This document shows positions 1 through 12,999 of a stretch of 64,000 bases of DNA, in pieces (position 1 is the first letter of the stretch; each line of letters opens with the position of its first letter). The DNA is from Eledone cirrhosa (taxonomy: Eukaryota), in assembly GCA_964016885.1 (NCBI GenBank), contig OZ024746.1, positions 102,300,001 through 102,364,000 of the forward strand, written 5' to 3'. The notes beneath the pieces were generated by a model that saw only the letters and a list, made by a program, of their open reading frames with translations, was not told where the DNA came from and did no database searches. A program made the translations under genes and the position numbers.

Positions 1-149
1 CTTTACAGGCTCATAGATTAGTCATCGGGGAGTGTTTTCTATATATCAGCGAATCATTTTTTTTTTATTCCGGAGTCATTCTGCAGTTAAAAATCGATAG
101 GGGGGGGGGGGGGTCACCTTTCTTTAGGTATCGAAAAATAAGATTTTTG

Positions 150-700
150 GCTTTAGCTCCCACATTTTGCCACCGATTTCGTTCAAATTTTAAAGCAAAA
201 TAGAATTTATCTTTGCACATCCTGTAATGGCTTTATATTTTGCATTTGTTGTTCAGGGACGGCGTGGCAGCCGCTTAAATATTCAAAAATACCACTTTTA
301 GACTCAAATTTCCACTTTTTCGGCTGTAGCTCCCACATTAATCAACCAACTTTGTTCAAATTTTACATTACGCTAGATTTGATTATTTTACGTCTTAAAG
401 TGGCTTTACATTTTGGATTTTATATTCAGGAACGGCGTAGCAGCCGCTTAAATATTCGAAAATACCACCTTTTCGCTCAAATATCCGCCTTTTCGGCTCT
501 AGCTCCCACATTTTTCAACTGATTTCGTTCAAATTCGAAACTTCGGCTCCACCTCACACATAAATCAATTTATTTGGTTCAACTTTTATACTACGATAGA
601 ACCTATCATTGCACATCTTATAGTAGCTTTACACTTTGCATTTTTTGTTCAGGGACGGCGACCTATCATTAGCTCCCACATTTTTCAACCGATTTCGTAA
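150..700. repeat. Diverged ~173-bp tandem repeat (3-4 copies)
   Basis: tagctcccacatt recurs near 154, 327, 500 and 670. ttcagg(g/a)acggcg recurs near 252, 426 and 648, followed by gcagccgcttaaatattc in the first two copies. Confidence 0.7.
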
Positions 701-749
701 TCAAGAGGAAGAGTACCAATGATATAAACCTTTTCTAGTCTCAGGAAGG

Positions 750-1640
750 ATCTATAGAAGTGGTTGATAGCTTCTACTACCTAGGTGACCTAATTAACAG
801 AGGCGGAGGGTGCTGTGAGAGTATAATAGCTGGAATAAGGATAAGCTGGAAGAAGTTTAGAGAACTACTCCCACTGTTGACAACAAAAGGTTTCTTCCTA
901 AGTACAAGAGGAAGGCTGGTGTGGAGTGCAGTGCTACATGGTAGTGAAACATGGGCTGTGACTGCAGAGGACATATGGTGCTACATGGTAGTGAAACATG
1001 GGCTGTGACTGCAGGGCACATGTGGTGCTACATTGTATTGAAACATGGACTGTGACTGCAGGGCACATGTGGTGCTACATGGTAGTGAAACATGGGCTGT
1101 GGCTGATGGGGACATGTGGTTCTACATGGAAGTGAAACATGGACTGTGACAGGAGAGCACATGTGGCGCTACATGGTAGTGAAATATGGACTGTAACTGC
1201 AGGGTACATGTGGTGCTATATGGTAGTGAAACATGGGCTGTGACTGCAGGGGACATGTGGTGCTACATGGTAGTGAAACATGGGTTGTGACTGCAGGGCA
1301 CATGTGGTACTACATGGGCTGTGACTGCAGGGGACATGGGGTGCTACATGGTAGTGAAATATGGGCTGTAACTGCAGGGCACATATGGTGCTACATGGTA
1401 GTGAAACATGGGCTGTGACTGAAGGGGACATGTGGTGCTACATGGTAGTGAAACATGGGCTGAGACTGCAGGGGACATATGTAGACCAGAGAGAAATGAA
1501 GCAACCATGTTTTGTTTGATGTGGAATGTAAGTGTAACAGAAAGGTAGATGTTGGACAAGGTGAGTGATAAGTTGGGTTTAAGAGGAATCTGAGGTGGTG
1601 TGGAGGGGAGAAGACTGTGATGGTATGGACATGTGTGTCT
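750..1640 (+). mobile_element. Degraded RTE-clade LINE fragment (RT C-terminal half)
   Basis: ORF 760-1008 (VDSFYYLGD...WKKFRELLPLL...LHGSETW) is homologous to the 29.3-30.9 kb RTE. Homology resumes after the minisatellite (erne / ggtatggacatgtg). Confidence 0.85.
931..1480 (+). repeat. 47-bp minisatellite amplified from RTE coding sequence (~12 copies)
   Basis: gtgctacatggtagtgaaacatgggctgtgactgcagggcacatgtg starts at 931, 978, 1025 and onward. It corresponds to the VLHGSETWAVTA segment. Confidence 0.9.
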
Positions 1641-1809
1641 ATATCTAAAAATAGTTATATCAAAGTATGCCTGCTCTTTAAAATCCTTTGGCCAATGACC
1701 TCCATCCTCAAAATCACCAACTTTCCCAACCACCAGAATACATAGGAATGAGACAGTTCTAACCCAGTAGAAACCTTTTCTCTATTAAACATTTATATAT
1801 ATAAACACC

Positions 1810-2450
1810 CCCTTTGGTCCCGAATGACCATGGGATTTGTACCTAGAAAGTTCCCCTCTGAGGCACAATTCTGGGCAAGGTTGTTTGTGGAAGACTAGCA
1901 GTCCCCCATATATACCAGTCTCCCTTCTACATCACTGATGTTGTCCAAGGGAAAGGCAATGGTTGATACAGCTTACTCTCTATATACACCCTCTATACTC
2001 TATATACACTCTATACTTTCTATATACACACTATATACTCAATATATACACTATATACTCTGTATATACACTGTATACATACCATATATACTCTATATAT
2101 GATTTTGTCTAAGGGAAAGGCAATGGCTGATACAGCTTACTCTCTATATACACACTATACTCTATATACACCTCCTATACTCTATATACTCAATATATAC
2201 ACTATATACTCTGTATATACACTGTATACATAACATATATACTCTATATATGATGTTGTCCAAGGGAAAGGCAATGTCTGATAAAGCTTGGCACTAGTGA
2301 CATTGAAACTCATTTCTACAGCTGAGTGAATTGGAGCAATGTGAAATAAAGTGTCTTGCTCAAGGACACAATGTAAATCCCAGTTTGAGAATTGAACTCA
2401 CAACCTTATGATTGTAAGCCCAACACTCTAACCAGTAAGCCATGTACTTT
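1810..2450 (-). mobile_element. tRNA-derived CORE-like SINE, interrupted by a ~130-bp internal duplication with a (TA/CA) tract
   Basis: 2310-2446 matches the SINE head seen at 5990-6135 (aagtgtcttgctcaaggacac...gaattgaactcacaacc...taagccatg). aagggaaaggcaatg occurs three times. Confidence 0.65.
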
Positions 2451-2639
2451 ATATATATATATGTTCGATATGTAGAAAAGGAGTTGGCATAAATTCTATA
2501 GAATGTACACAATGGAGATCTTGGGTACACAAGAGATGTAGTGGGATAGCATGCAAACTAATAGGTAGGGAAAACTACATATGCAGTAGATGTACAGAAA
2601 CATTTGCCAGTAGAAGTCGCAATGATAGACATATTTTTC

Positions 2640-3295
2640 AAGTGCAGGTAGGGTCTATAGAGGTGGTTGATAGCTTCAAGTACCTAGGTGATCAGATTAG
2701 CAAGGGGGAGGGTGTCCCAGGGCCATAGTATCTAGAATAAGGATGGGATGGAAGAAGTTTAGGGAGCTGCTTCCTCTGTTGACAAAGAAGGGTTTCTTCC
2801 TGCATACAAAAGGCCGGTTATATGATGCCTGTGTGAGATGCGCGATGCTGCATGGTAGTGAGACATGGGCAGCAACTGCAGAGGATATGCGATGGCTGGA
2901 GAGAAATGAAGCAAGCATGCTCCGTTGGATGTGCAATGTCAATGTGCATGAATGACCAAGCATAGATGAGTTGAGAGAGAAACTGTATAAGAGGGATAAG
3001 TTGTAGTGTGCGGGAGAGAAGAGTGAGATGGTATGGACATGTGATGTGCATGGAGGATGACTGCTGGGTAAAGAAGTGCCAAGAAATCCCAGTGGAAGGA
3101 AGACACAGTGAGGAAGACCCCAAAAATCATGGGCAGGGGTGGGGAGAGCTGACCTCAGATTGCTGAAGCTCACAGAGGAGATGATGAAGGACTGGGACGA
3201 ATGGAGAGAGGCTGTGCTGAATAGGATCTGTCCCACCCTTACAAGCAGGGAAAAGCGGACGTGAAATGATGATGATGATGATGATGATGATGATA
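2640..3295 (+). mobile_element. RTE LINE 3' fragment with (GAT)n tail
   Basis: ORF 2743-2955 reads WKKFRELLPLL...LHGSETW...MLRWMC. The element ends aaaagcggacgtgaaat(gat)n. Confidence 0.9.
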
Positions 3296-3399
3296 CACAC
3301 ATATATATATATGTAATCGTGAATTTATATCAATTTAATGGCAGAAGGGACAAAGCAATTTTCCCATCTTGCTTTCCATAAACTGCTCAGCAGAGAATT

Positions 3400-4200
3400 T
3401 TGGTGATATTCATCTTCTTCACATATTTATTCCTGGAAGAGTTATAGAGGCAGAGTCCTCAATCTACTTTCCAGGAGCTCTTAGAAGGAACCCTCTCCAA
3501 ATGATCTGGTTCGAGCCCGAAACGAGACCAGCCAAGCTCATGGATGTTATCCAACCATCTTCCTTAGAGTCTACATCTAGGTTTCCTGTCCATTGGTTTT
3601 GCCCATAAAATCTATCCACTAATTCTTTCCTGAGACATTCTAACCACTTGTCCATAACAGTGGACCTGTGATATCTCAATTCAGTTAAGTAGTGGCTCTA
3701 CCTGGTGTAACTCTGATCTCCAAGCTGCGTACTCCCTCAAGTAACATTACACCATAGATACTTTGGTCATTACCCAAGATTCATTACCAAGGGTGAGGGT
3801 TGGGACAAATACCAAATTGAAGACAGTGAGTTTTACTTTTACACCTACCTCCCTTATTCTGATATCAAATGTTGAAGCTGACACATTACTGCACTAGCTC
3901 CTGTAATTTTCGCATTTAATTCTGCCTCTTGCCTTCATCAACTCATGAACCCTAGATACTTGAACTTCTCCCCTTGCTTCAGTGGAACTCCACTACATGT
4001 AAGGTGCCCTGTGCAGGCTTCCCTGAGAAGAGGAGTAACTCAGTCTTCACAACACTAGTTTTCAGTCCTATCATGCAGGGCTTGGTAGCAAACCTATCAA
4101 GTTAACATCTGGGATCATCTTCTGTTAAGTTAAATAACACCATGTCATCTGCAAATTCTAGCCAACTACTTTTACACCCACCAGTCGTCATACCACTTCC
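3400..4200 (-). mobile_element. Old degraded RTE-like LINE fragment (different family)
   Basis: The minus strand gives LEFADDM (~4141-4161), KQGEKFKYLG (~3950-3980) and a C-terminal RRWLDNI-like segment, with many stops. Confidence 0.65.
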
Positions 4201-4435
4201 AACCCTCTAAAATTTTTGAGACTAGACACTCACATAATTTCCTGAGGTGAGAGAGGGTCCCTCAATTAAAAACTACAACAGGGAATGTTGGTGTTGCCAA
4301 AGAAAAAGAATGCTGAAAATTCCTACATAGATTAAAAATGACTTCAAGAAGACAAAGAATAGACATGAACAAGAATTTAATTCCAACAAAAAACGTTTCC
4401 CTCCAGTGTGTGTTCCTTTGTGTTTATTTAACCCT

Positions 4436-5547
4436 TTAGCATTTACATTACTCTAAATATACTATTGTATTTTCACAGTAATGGCTTTACCTCATATAAT
4501 ATCTCACATAACATTTACATTACTCTATATATACTATTGTATTTTCACAGTAAAGGCTTTACCTCACATAATATTTACATTACTCTATATATACTATTGT
4601 ATTTTCACAGTAAAGGCTTTACCTAACATAATATCTCACATAACATTTACATTACTCTATATATACTATTGTATTTTCACAGTAAAGTCTTTACCTCACA
4701 TAATATCCCACCTAACATTTACATACACTATATATACTATTGTATTTTTACGGTAAAGGCTTTACCTCACATAACATTTACATTACTCTATGTATACTAT
4801 TGTATTTTCACAGTAAAGGCTTTACCTCACATAATATCTCACATAACATTTACATTACTCTATATATACTATTGTATTTTCACAGTAAATGCTTTACCTT
4901 ACATAATATCTCACATAACATTTACATTACTCTATATATACTATTGTATTTTCACAGTAAAGGCTTTACTTCACATAATATCTCGCATAACATTTACATT
5001 ACTTTATATATACTATTGTATTATCACAGTAAAGGCTTTACCTCACATAATATCTCACATAACATTTACATTACTCTATATATACTATTGTATTTTCACA
5101 GTAAAAGCTTTACCTCACATAACATTTACATTATATATACTATTGTATTTTTACAATAAAGGCTTTACATCACATAACATTTACATTACTCTATATATAC
5201 TATTGTATTTTCACAGTAAAGGCTTTACCTCACATAACATTTACATTACTCTATATATACTATTGTATTTTCACAATAAAGACTTTACCTCACATAATAC
5301 CTCACATAACATTTACATTCCTCTATATATACTATTGTATTTTCACAGTAAAGGCTTTACCTCACATAACATTTACATTACTCTATATATACTATTGTAT
5401 TTTTACAGTAAAGGCTTTACATCACATAACATTGACATTACTCTATATATACTATTGTATTTTCACAGTAAAGGCTTTACCTCACATAATATCTCACATA
5501 ACATTTACATTACTCTATATATACTATTGTATTTTCACAGTAAAGGC
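4436..5547 (+). repeat. 60/72-bp AT-rich minisatellite (~17 copies)
   Basis: Unit acatttacattactctatatatactattgtattttcacagtaaaggctttacctcacata, with or without a 12-bp atatctcacata duplication. Confidence 0.95.
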
Positions 5548-7460
5548 TCTTTTCCTTGTACGACAACTACAGGAGAAATACCTAGCTAAAAGTAAACCCC
5601 TATACTTAGATTTTGTTGACTTGGAGAAAGCCTTTGACAGAGTCCCCCGCTCCATTATCTGGTGGACTCTTAGAAAACTAGGTGTTGATGAATTGTTTGT
5701 CAGAGCTATACAAACCATGTATAAAGAAACAGTCAGCAAGGTTAGAATTAACAACGAATCATCATTTTACGTCCGCTTTTCCCAGTTTGCAAGGGTGGGA
5801 CGGGAACTTATTCTGGCTTGATTTCTACAGCTGGATGCCCTTCCTAACACCAACCTCATTTACAGTGAGTGCTGGGTGCTTTTTTTCCGTGGTGCCTACA
5901 CGTCCACTTTACACTGTCGGCTGGGTGCTTTTTTGCCATGGCACCTCCATGACCACTTTGCAGTGGAATGATAGGGACCCCTGTCCTATCATCTCATTTC
6001 TACAGCTGAGTAAACTGGAGCAATGTGAAATAAAGTGTCTTGCTCAAGGACACAACACATAACCCGGTCTGAGAATTGAACTCACAACCTTTCGATTGCA
6101 AGGCCAATGCTCTAACCACTAAGCCATGTGCCTCCATGAATATAGTGAAGAATTTAGTGTAAAAGTTGTTCATCAGGGCTCTGTCTTAGCCCCCTCCTAT
6201 TTATTATTGCCCTTCAGGCTATAACAGAGGAGTTCAAGACCGGCTGCCCATGGGAACTCTTATAGCTAAAATTAACCTGTCTAAGACTAAAGTTCTAGTA
6301 TGTAGGAAGGAAAATAGGGCACTGGTCCCATCTGGGAAATGGCCATGCTCAGTGTGTAGGAAAGGAGTAGGCAGAAACTCCATTTTATGTCCCAAATGCA
6401 AAGTACGGGTGCATAAAAGATGTAGTGGGATCACAGGTAAGCTAACTAAGAATATAGATTTTATATGTGGTTAGTGCTCTGGTGCAATAAGTAGCAGCAA
6501 GTGCCCACAGAATACTAGCTCATTTCATTGCACAGATGGTTCTATAGAAATAGTGGACAGCTTCCGTTACCTGGGTGACAAAATTAGCAGTGGGGGAGGG
6601 TGCTCTGAAAGTACAGTAGCTAGAGTCAGAACGGGATGGAAAAAGTTCAGAGAGCTTATACCATTATTGGCCGCTAAAGGGTTCTCTCTAAAAATGAAAG
6701 GCAGGCTGTATGATGCCTGCATACGAACATCAATGTTACATGGCAGTGAGACCTGGGCATTGTGTGCAGAGGATATACGCAGACTGGAGAGAAACGAAGC
6801 TTGCATGCTCCGCTGGATGTGTAATAGTAATATACGTGAACGGCAAAGCATAAACGAACTAAGGGAGAAATTAGGAATAAGAGGGATCAGATGTTGTTTA
6901 CTCGAGAGAAGGCTACGTTGGTACGGTCACGTGATGCGCATGAAAGACGACAGCTGTATAAAAAAGTGCAGGGCGATAAAAATAGACGGTAGCCACGGAG
7001 TAGGCAGACCCAGAAAAACCTGGGACGACTTGATAAATTCCGACCTCACACACTTACACCTCTCCAAGACAATGTCATTGGACGAGATCTTTGGCGCTAC
7101 ACAGTTATACAGAAGACCTAAGTACAAAGCGAAACCTACAGTCAGTAGGCACCTCTAACAAAATACACCCCCGTCCCACTACCCCCACCCCATCCACACC
7201 ACCCCTTTCAATGTAAAGTTATGTTGGTACCACAACATCCAGCCCGAAACAAATGTGGCCGTGTAGGTAACATGGTAAAAACCTCCCAGTTCCACACTGT
7301 AAATGTGGTTGGTGTTAGGAAGGGCATCCAGCTGTAGAAAACCCGCCAGACAGTCCTATGCGAGCAAAACAACCACTCTTGCCTCAAGTGAGAAAATTCC
7401 CGTCCAAACCCATGCGAGCGTGGAATATGGACGTTAAACGAAGATGATGATGATGATGAT
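5545..7460 (+). mobile_element. 5'-truncated RTE LINE with internal deletion, SINE insertion and (GAT)n tail
   Basis: Shows LFLVRQLQEKY..FVDLEKAFDRVPR, the PHD-type Cys cluster and DSFRYLG..LHGSETW..GRPRKTW. Highly similar to 29.6-31.2 kb, but the YADD segment is deleted near 6260. Confidence 0.92.
5760..6135 (-). mobile_element. Full-length tRNA-derived SINE (A/B box head, CORE-like body, RTE-type tail) inserted in the RTE
   Basis: The minus strand reads GGAGGCACATGGCTTAGTGG (A box)...GAGTTCAATTC (B box)...GTCCTTGAGCAAGACACTT...AAAAGCGGACGTAAAATGATG. It is flanked by acgaat/atgaat, a probable target-site duplication relative to the empty site at ~29780. Confidence 0.9.
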
Positions 7461-7995
7461 ACATATATACATATACATACATACACATACATACATACAC
7501 ATACATACACACATACATACATATATATATACATACTGACACACACGTACATATACATATATATACATACACACACACACATACATATACATATATATAC
7601 ATACACATACTCATATATACATATACACACACATATACACATATATACACATACACAGACACATACATACACACATACATACATATATACATACATATAT
7701 ATATCAGTACCCATACATATACACATACATAGTATTTATACATATACACATATACACAGTATTTATACATATATATATATATACCAGTACCTATACATAT
7801 ACACATACACAGTACTCATACATACACACATATATCAGTATTTATACATTAGTATTCATATATAAGTACTTAAACATACATACATATATATACCAGTACT
7901 CATATACATATATATCAGTACTTATACACATACACACATATCAGTACTCATACATATACACATATATATATCAGTACCCATATAGACATACACTC
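7460..7995. repeat. (TA/CA) compound microsatellite
   Basis: Low-complexity acatat/acac tract. Confidence 0.95.
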
Positions 7996-8370
7996 CGCTG
8001 GATGTGTAATAGTAATATACGTGAACGGCAAAGCATAAACGGACTAAGGAAAAAAAATTAGAAATAAGAGGGATCAGATGTTGTTTACTCGAGAGAAGGC
8101 TACGTTGGTATGGTCACGTGATGCGCATGAAAGACGATAGCTGTATAACAAAGTGCAGGGCAATAAAGATAGACGGTAGCCACGGAATAGGCAGACCCAG
8201 AAAAACCTGGGACGAGCTGATAAATTCCGACCTCACACACTTACACCTCTCCAAGACAATGTCACTGGACCGAGACCTTTGGCGGTACTCAGTAATAGAG
8301 AAGACCCGCCTTACCTAAATACAAAGTAAAACCTACTACAGTCAGTAGGCATCTCTAACAAAATACACAC
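7994..8370 (+). mobile_element. Second RTE 3' fragment (duplicate of ~6810-7165)
   Basis: ctccgctggatgtgtaatagt...GRPRKTWD...cagtcagtaggc, near-identical to the adjacent copy. Confidence 0.9.
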
Positions 8371-9212
8371 ATATATATATATATACATCAGTATATATAT
8401 TATTTCATATTACTCAGCTGTAGAAATGAGATGACAGGACCGGGGCCCCCACCCCCCACCGCAAAGTGGTCGTGGAGGCGCCGCGGCAAAAAAGCACCCA
8501 GCCCACACTGTAAAGCTGACGTGAAGGTGCCACGGAAAAATGAGCACCCAGCACTCACTGCAAACGGGGTTGGCGTCAGGAAGGGCACCCAGCTATAGAA
8601 ACCAATCCAGAATCAGCTCCCACCCCACCCTTGCAAGCATGGAAAAGCGGACGTATGATGAAGTTGATATATATATATATATTAGTATATATATACACAT
8701 AGATATGTACATATATATACACATATATATATACACACATATATATCAGTGTACATATATATATACATACATATATATAAATGAATATTTATTCAATTTA
8801 AAGTGCCAATTATCTATATATAACAAGATATTAATTTTTCTAGGGATGGGGAAATTTTATTTCATATTACTCAGCTGTAGAAATGAGATGACAGGACCGG
8901 GGTCCCCACCCCCCACCACCCCACCGCAAAGTATGAATTTTTCTAGGGATGGGGAAATTTTCAGTTTGTTTTTATATTTTCACTTCATTTTTTTACTTTC
9001 TATTTAATACAGTCTTTGATCCAATATAATCCTGACAGTATTTGAACCAGTTTACCTCATATATATGTATGCACACACAACACTCAAGTTTCGCCATCTA
9101 CTGCCATTTCATTCATATTTATTGTTTAATTAACTCTAGTCTAATTCATCAACTATTGTTAATTATATTATTACGTAGATTTCTTATAAAATCTAGTGCA
9201 TATATAGGGTTA

Positions 9213-9390
9213 GAACGTTCAACTTGACAGTCAGTACCAATGTTCAGCATGGTAGCCAGTACATATGCCAACTACCCAACCGGCCAGCCAGCCGTATTTG
9301 CGGTTGACTGGCCAATTGGGCGGTTGGTATGTGGAACGTTCAACTACGCAGTCAGTACCAAAGTTCAACATTGTAGCCAGTGCATATGCC
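9213..9390. other. 57-bp direct repeats (9213-9269, 9334-9390) bracketing a 72-nt hairpin (9262-9333)
   Basis: gaacgttcaac...cagtcagtacca.(t/a)gttca.cat.gtagccagt.catatgcc occurs twice. catatgccaactacccaaccggccagccagccg pairs with cggttgactggccaattgggcggttggtatgtg. Confidence 0.85.
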
Positions 9391-9436
9391 GATCGCCGCG
9401 CCCTCTTTGCTCTTTTTCAATGACCTGGAACTAAGT

Positions 9437-9549
9437 AAAAAGAGTAGGAGATAACTCGACAAGAGCGGAGAGGGTGAGATTCGAACCATGTAAAGTCGTT
9501 GGCTCCTGAACTTCGTAAGCGGGGCTGCTACTGACTGAGCAGCGCCGGC
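9437..9549 (-). ncRNA. Candidate Pol III transcription unit (~113 nt), solo copy
   Basis: TATAAG ~30 nt upstream (9578-9583), A-box-like TGCTCAGTCAG at +9, B box GGTTCGAATC (9487-9478) and a T5 terminator (9441-9437). It does not fold as a canonical cloverleaf by eye. Confidence 0.4.
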
Positions 9550-10540
9550 AGCAAGGCAAATCGCGCATAAAATAACGCTTATATCGACAAAAAAAACAAA
9601 AATGTCCATGTTGCACTCTTGTTTGTTGTTCTTTTATTTTACGTAAACATTTCACTGCTCTAGCGTCTTATTCCCTGTTAGATTACACTTAATTCCATTA
9701 AACATTCATTCTTAGTCTCGTGGTAAACTATTTCATCTATATTTATATCGCTGTTACAGCCTTTTATTTCTACATCTTTCACCTATAGCGACTGTTACGC
9801 CGGTATTATAAGTAGCTTTATAACAAGAAACGATGATATAACTCCACAAAATGTGTTCTTGAGCAAGACATTTCACTTCATATTGCACCAGTACACCGAG
9901 TTATACATAGACAGATACATACATACACATATATATGTACACAGATAGAAATAAGAGGTAGATGTAAAGAGAGGAGGAGAAGGACGAGTTAGATAGTGTA
10001 AAAGATTTAAAGAGAGGGTGAGAGTGTGACACACATTTATCTGTCTATCTCTCTCTATTTTAACACCGGTCGTTATAATTAGTTTTATAACACCGCTATA
10101 TTACCGACATGAAAGAGGTAAATAATTATTTCTTAAATGTTTAGAACATGTTTCTCTTGTCTTCTTAACATAGCAAGGACCTTATCTCATTTACTGGTCT
10201 CTACTTTTAGGACTTTGCTGGTCCCATGTGCCCTCCATGAAGACACACTCGTCCCTTCTCTCTCAGCACCCGTACTAATTACTACACATACGTATATATA
10301 TTTATTTTAAGAAACCTTAATGACAAATAATATAAAGTGTTTGTAAAGTGGGGAAGAGTAGTTTTACGGTGCAGTTGTTATATAGATATCGTTTTTGCAG
10401 TGGGGTCGTGACTGGCGTATAATAATGAGTCACTGTTGATGTATATACAAATCATATTTTGGATATAAGTGAAGTTATTTAAGAGATTTAGTTGTTTTGT
10501 ATACATTCCAGTTGTTGTCTCCCTGTTTCTTCTTCAACAA

Positions 10541-12390
10541 CTATAACGGTACGCGATGGGGCCCACCCACAGCCCCGGCGGACAGAATGGAGAAGGCGTT
10601 TCCCCGGAGCACGGCAAGGGAGACGCGCTGGAAAAGCCACTCCAACTCGCGGGGCTCACACCTGCGGCTGGCCAGCTCAGCGCCTATGGTGGTGAGTAAG
10701 GCGGTAGCCCTGGGGCCGAGGACACCAGAAGTCTCCACTTCCAGGGGTACGACCGCAAACCTGTCGGAGAGTGAACGATATGTGAGGAGTTTGGCCCCCT
10801 CAGCCTGACGTGCAGCAGAACCTGGGCCAGTAGCAGACTGCACCAGGTTGCGGCTGCAGAAAGTGTCGGTGCAAGTGGCATCCCAGACGAGGGGTTTTCC
10901 ACCGCGGAACGGGAAGATGGTCATGCCATCTGGCCTTTTGCCGTCCCCTGGAGCTGGGAAGGGAAGCCTGCAGCGTCCAAGCCATGCTTAATGACTTCGT
11001 TGAGGGCAGCATGGCGTGGATTGCGGCTGGCACTGTGGCGACAGGAAAGCGGGTGGAGGCCGAAAGAGTCCATTTTGGAACGGCAGCGACATTGGTGTGA
11101 GGCCGAGCCTCAGGGAAACGCCGATGCGCAAGCTATGGTTGTCTAGCTGCGTGCCAGTGGAGAAGGCGGCCAAGCGTTCTCTGAACACAGAGGGTTCTGT
11201 TTTGTTTTGAAGAACCCTGCTGACGAGGATGTGGCACGAGGTTACCGACGAAAGATACGCCGGCAAAGCTAGTGAGATCTGGGACTGGAGGCCAAGGCCA
11301 CCATACCTGACAGGTAAAGTTGCATATCTCCTCGGCTACTGCTCGGATACAAGTATCGAGCTCAGTGAGGAGAGATGTCTGTGTGTAGCACAGAGTGTAT
11401 AGAGGAGCTTCGGCATGGCATAGCAGTTCCTCAGCAGAAAGAGAACTGGGTGGCCATCAATCAAGCCCAGTCGGCTCGTGAGAGTCTGGAGCTTTTGAAG
11501 CCTGGACCTGATGGTGGAGCGGATGGCCGGCGGGTGGATTGGTGAGGGCATCCTCTTTGGGGGTCACCTGAACCTGGCGGAGAATGGACCGCACGTCCAA
11601 GACGGAGACTGCGAAGCTTGCAGCATCGAGGCTGACATTCACCACCTCCGACTTAGCTGAGTTGACCTGGAGGTTGATTCCCGCCAGGGCAGGAACCACC
11701 GATTGAAGGTCATGGCAGACTGTCTGTACGGGCCCACCCAAAGTAGCATCATCCAGATACCAAACGTTGAGAGGGGCCGTTATACTCCGGGCGATGTGGT
11801 CAATACCAAGGGTGAACAGGAGGGCTCCCAAAGGGTTGCCCTGTTGGATCCCAGTAGCCGAGGGTATGACCGTATCAGCAGCAAGGCGCATGCTCGGGGC
11901 TCCATATGACAGCTAGGCAGAGGGGGCTCGGCTGAGGCAGGCCTCGAGCAGATGATCCCAGCGTAAATAGTTGAAGGCATTCCTCATGTCAAACTTGACA
12001 ATGAGGTGGCTGGAGTCCCTGGATGCCGGTTCCGAGTGTTACGGACTTGCAGATCACCTTGGCAGCCAGCCTCCGGAAGACATTGCCCACAGCAATGGGG
12101 CATATGCCAATCTCTTTCTTCCTGAGAGTGGTGAGGCTGGCCGAAAAAAAGAGGCCTCGAGCATAAGAGTCCAGGGCGCCATGGATGAGCCTATTGGTGA
12201 GCGCCACAATTGCACTCAGAAGGCGGCGCCCGGCCTCAGCGGAGAGGGGAGATATCAACTCCTTGAGGAGGCCTGGTCAGAGACCATCAACATCTCCGCA
12301 GCTGCTAGCTGGGAAGGACCTGATGGCGGACATGATGTCTGCATCAGAAGCCACAAGGAGCAAGTGTGGATTACAATACAAAACCTCTGA
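10541..12390 (-). mobile_element. Degraded CRE-clade non-LTR retrotransposon (RT + CCHC + restriction-like endonuclease)
   Basis: Motifs PIAVGNVFRRLAAK, FDMRNAFN, GIQQGNPLG, WYLDDATLGG, CRC-x9-HPLSC, RHAALN, RPDGMTIFPF..LVWDATC, EVETSG and QRVSLAVLRGNA, split by frameshifts. Confidence 0.88.
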
Positions 12391-12449
12391 GAATGATTTC
12401 TAAGATATTTCACCATAATTAATTTTCATCAATATATGTTAATATTATT

Positions 12450-12690
12450 GTTTATTAGGTCAGGTGGATTGGCCAGAACAATTCTACTCTTCTTTTTTAG
12501 ATGTCACGATTTTTCATGGCATTCCTGAGATCATTAATCTCCAGCTGGAGATCCAGAGACATCTGATGTATGTAGGTGAACCTCAGTTATCCCACTTGGG
12601 TCTTACTATGTTTAGGTATCCACCACAGGAGCCAGCTCATCAGGTCATCCTACCCTCAGCAGCAATGTCCAGCATCTATTGACTTCCGCT
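12450..12690 (-). mobile_element. 3' end of another RTE-like LINE
   Basis: The minus strand gives AGHCC..WWIPKH..FTYIHQMSLDLQLEINDLRNAMKNRD..KRRV, followed by an AAT-rich tail. It is repeated in every array unit. Confidence 0.55.
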
Positions 12691-12814
12691 CCCTAGTTAT
12701 TGTGGTAATCTTCGATATCTGGGAATATATTTCTTCTGCTTAAGGGAGTAATAAATATATAGTTTAAAAAAAAACATATATATACACACACATATATATA
12801 TGTTGTCATTTATA

Positions 12815-12957
12815 AGAGTTCTCTATCAAAAGCCTTCTCTATGTCCAAAGCTAAGTATAGTGGCTTATTTTTCTCGAAGAACCTCTTTTGTAGTTGTCTC
12901 ACTAAGAAGAGGGCATCTGTTGTACTTTTCAGAAGCACAAAACCAAACTGCATCTCA
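12815..12957 (-). mobile_element. Short RTE RT fragment
   Basis: EMQFGFV..KS.TDALFLVRQLQ..KNKPLYLALDIEKAFDR, homologous to 29530-29670. Confidence 0.85.
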
Positions 12958-12999
12958 TACACATACATACATCATACATACATATACACATACATACAT

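Noticed and set aside
931-1480. CRISPR-like regular repeats
   Set aside because: The units are contiguous with no unique spacers, there are no cas genes, and the context is eukaryotic.
4481-5589. Long repetitive ORFs (306 aa and 139 aa)
   Set aside because: They are translations of a 60/72-bp minisatellite with no protein-like features.
9437-9549. Canonical tRNA (Arg-ACG, Val-TAC or Sec)
   Set aside because: The acceptor, anticodon and T stems do not pair, so it is kept only as a Pol III-like candidate.
9500-9550. RNase MRP CR-V-like GCGGGGCT and a nearby 7SK-like GATCGCC
   Set aside because: No matching CR-I (GAAAGTCCCC) or second GATC stem was found, and the matches are too short.
12625-12650. 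CTGATGAG on the minus strand as a hammerhead core
   Set aside because: There is no downstream GAAA or stems, and it lies within an RTE coding remnant.
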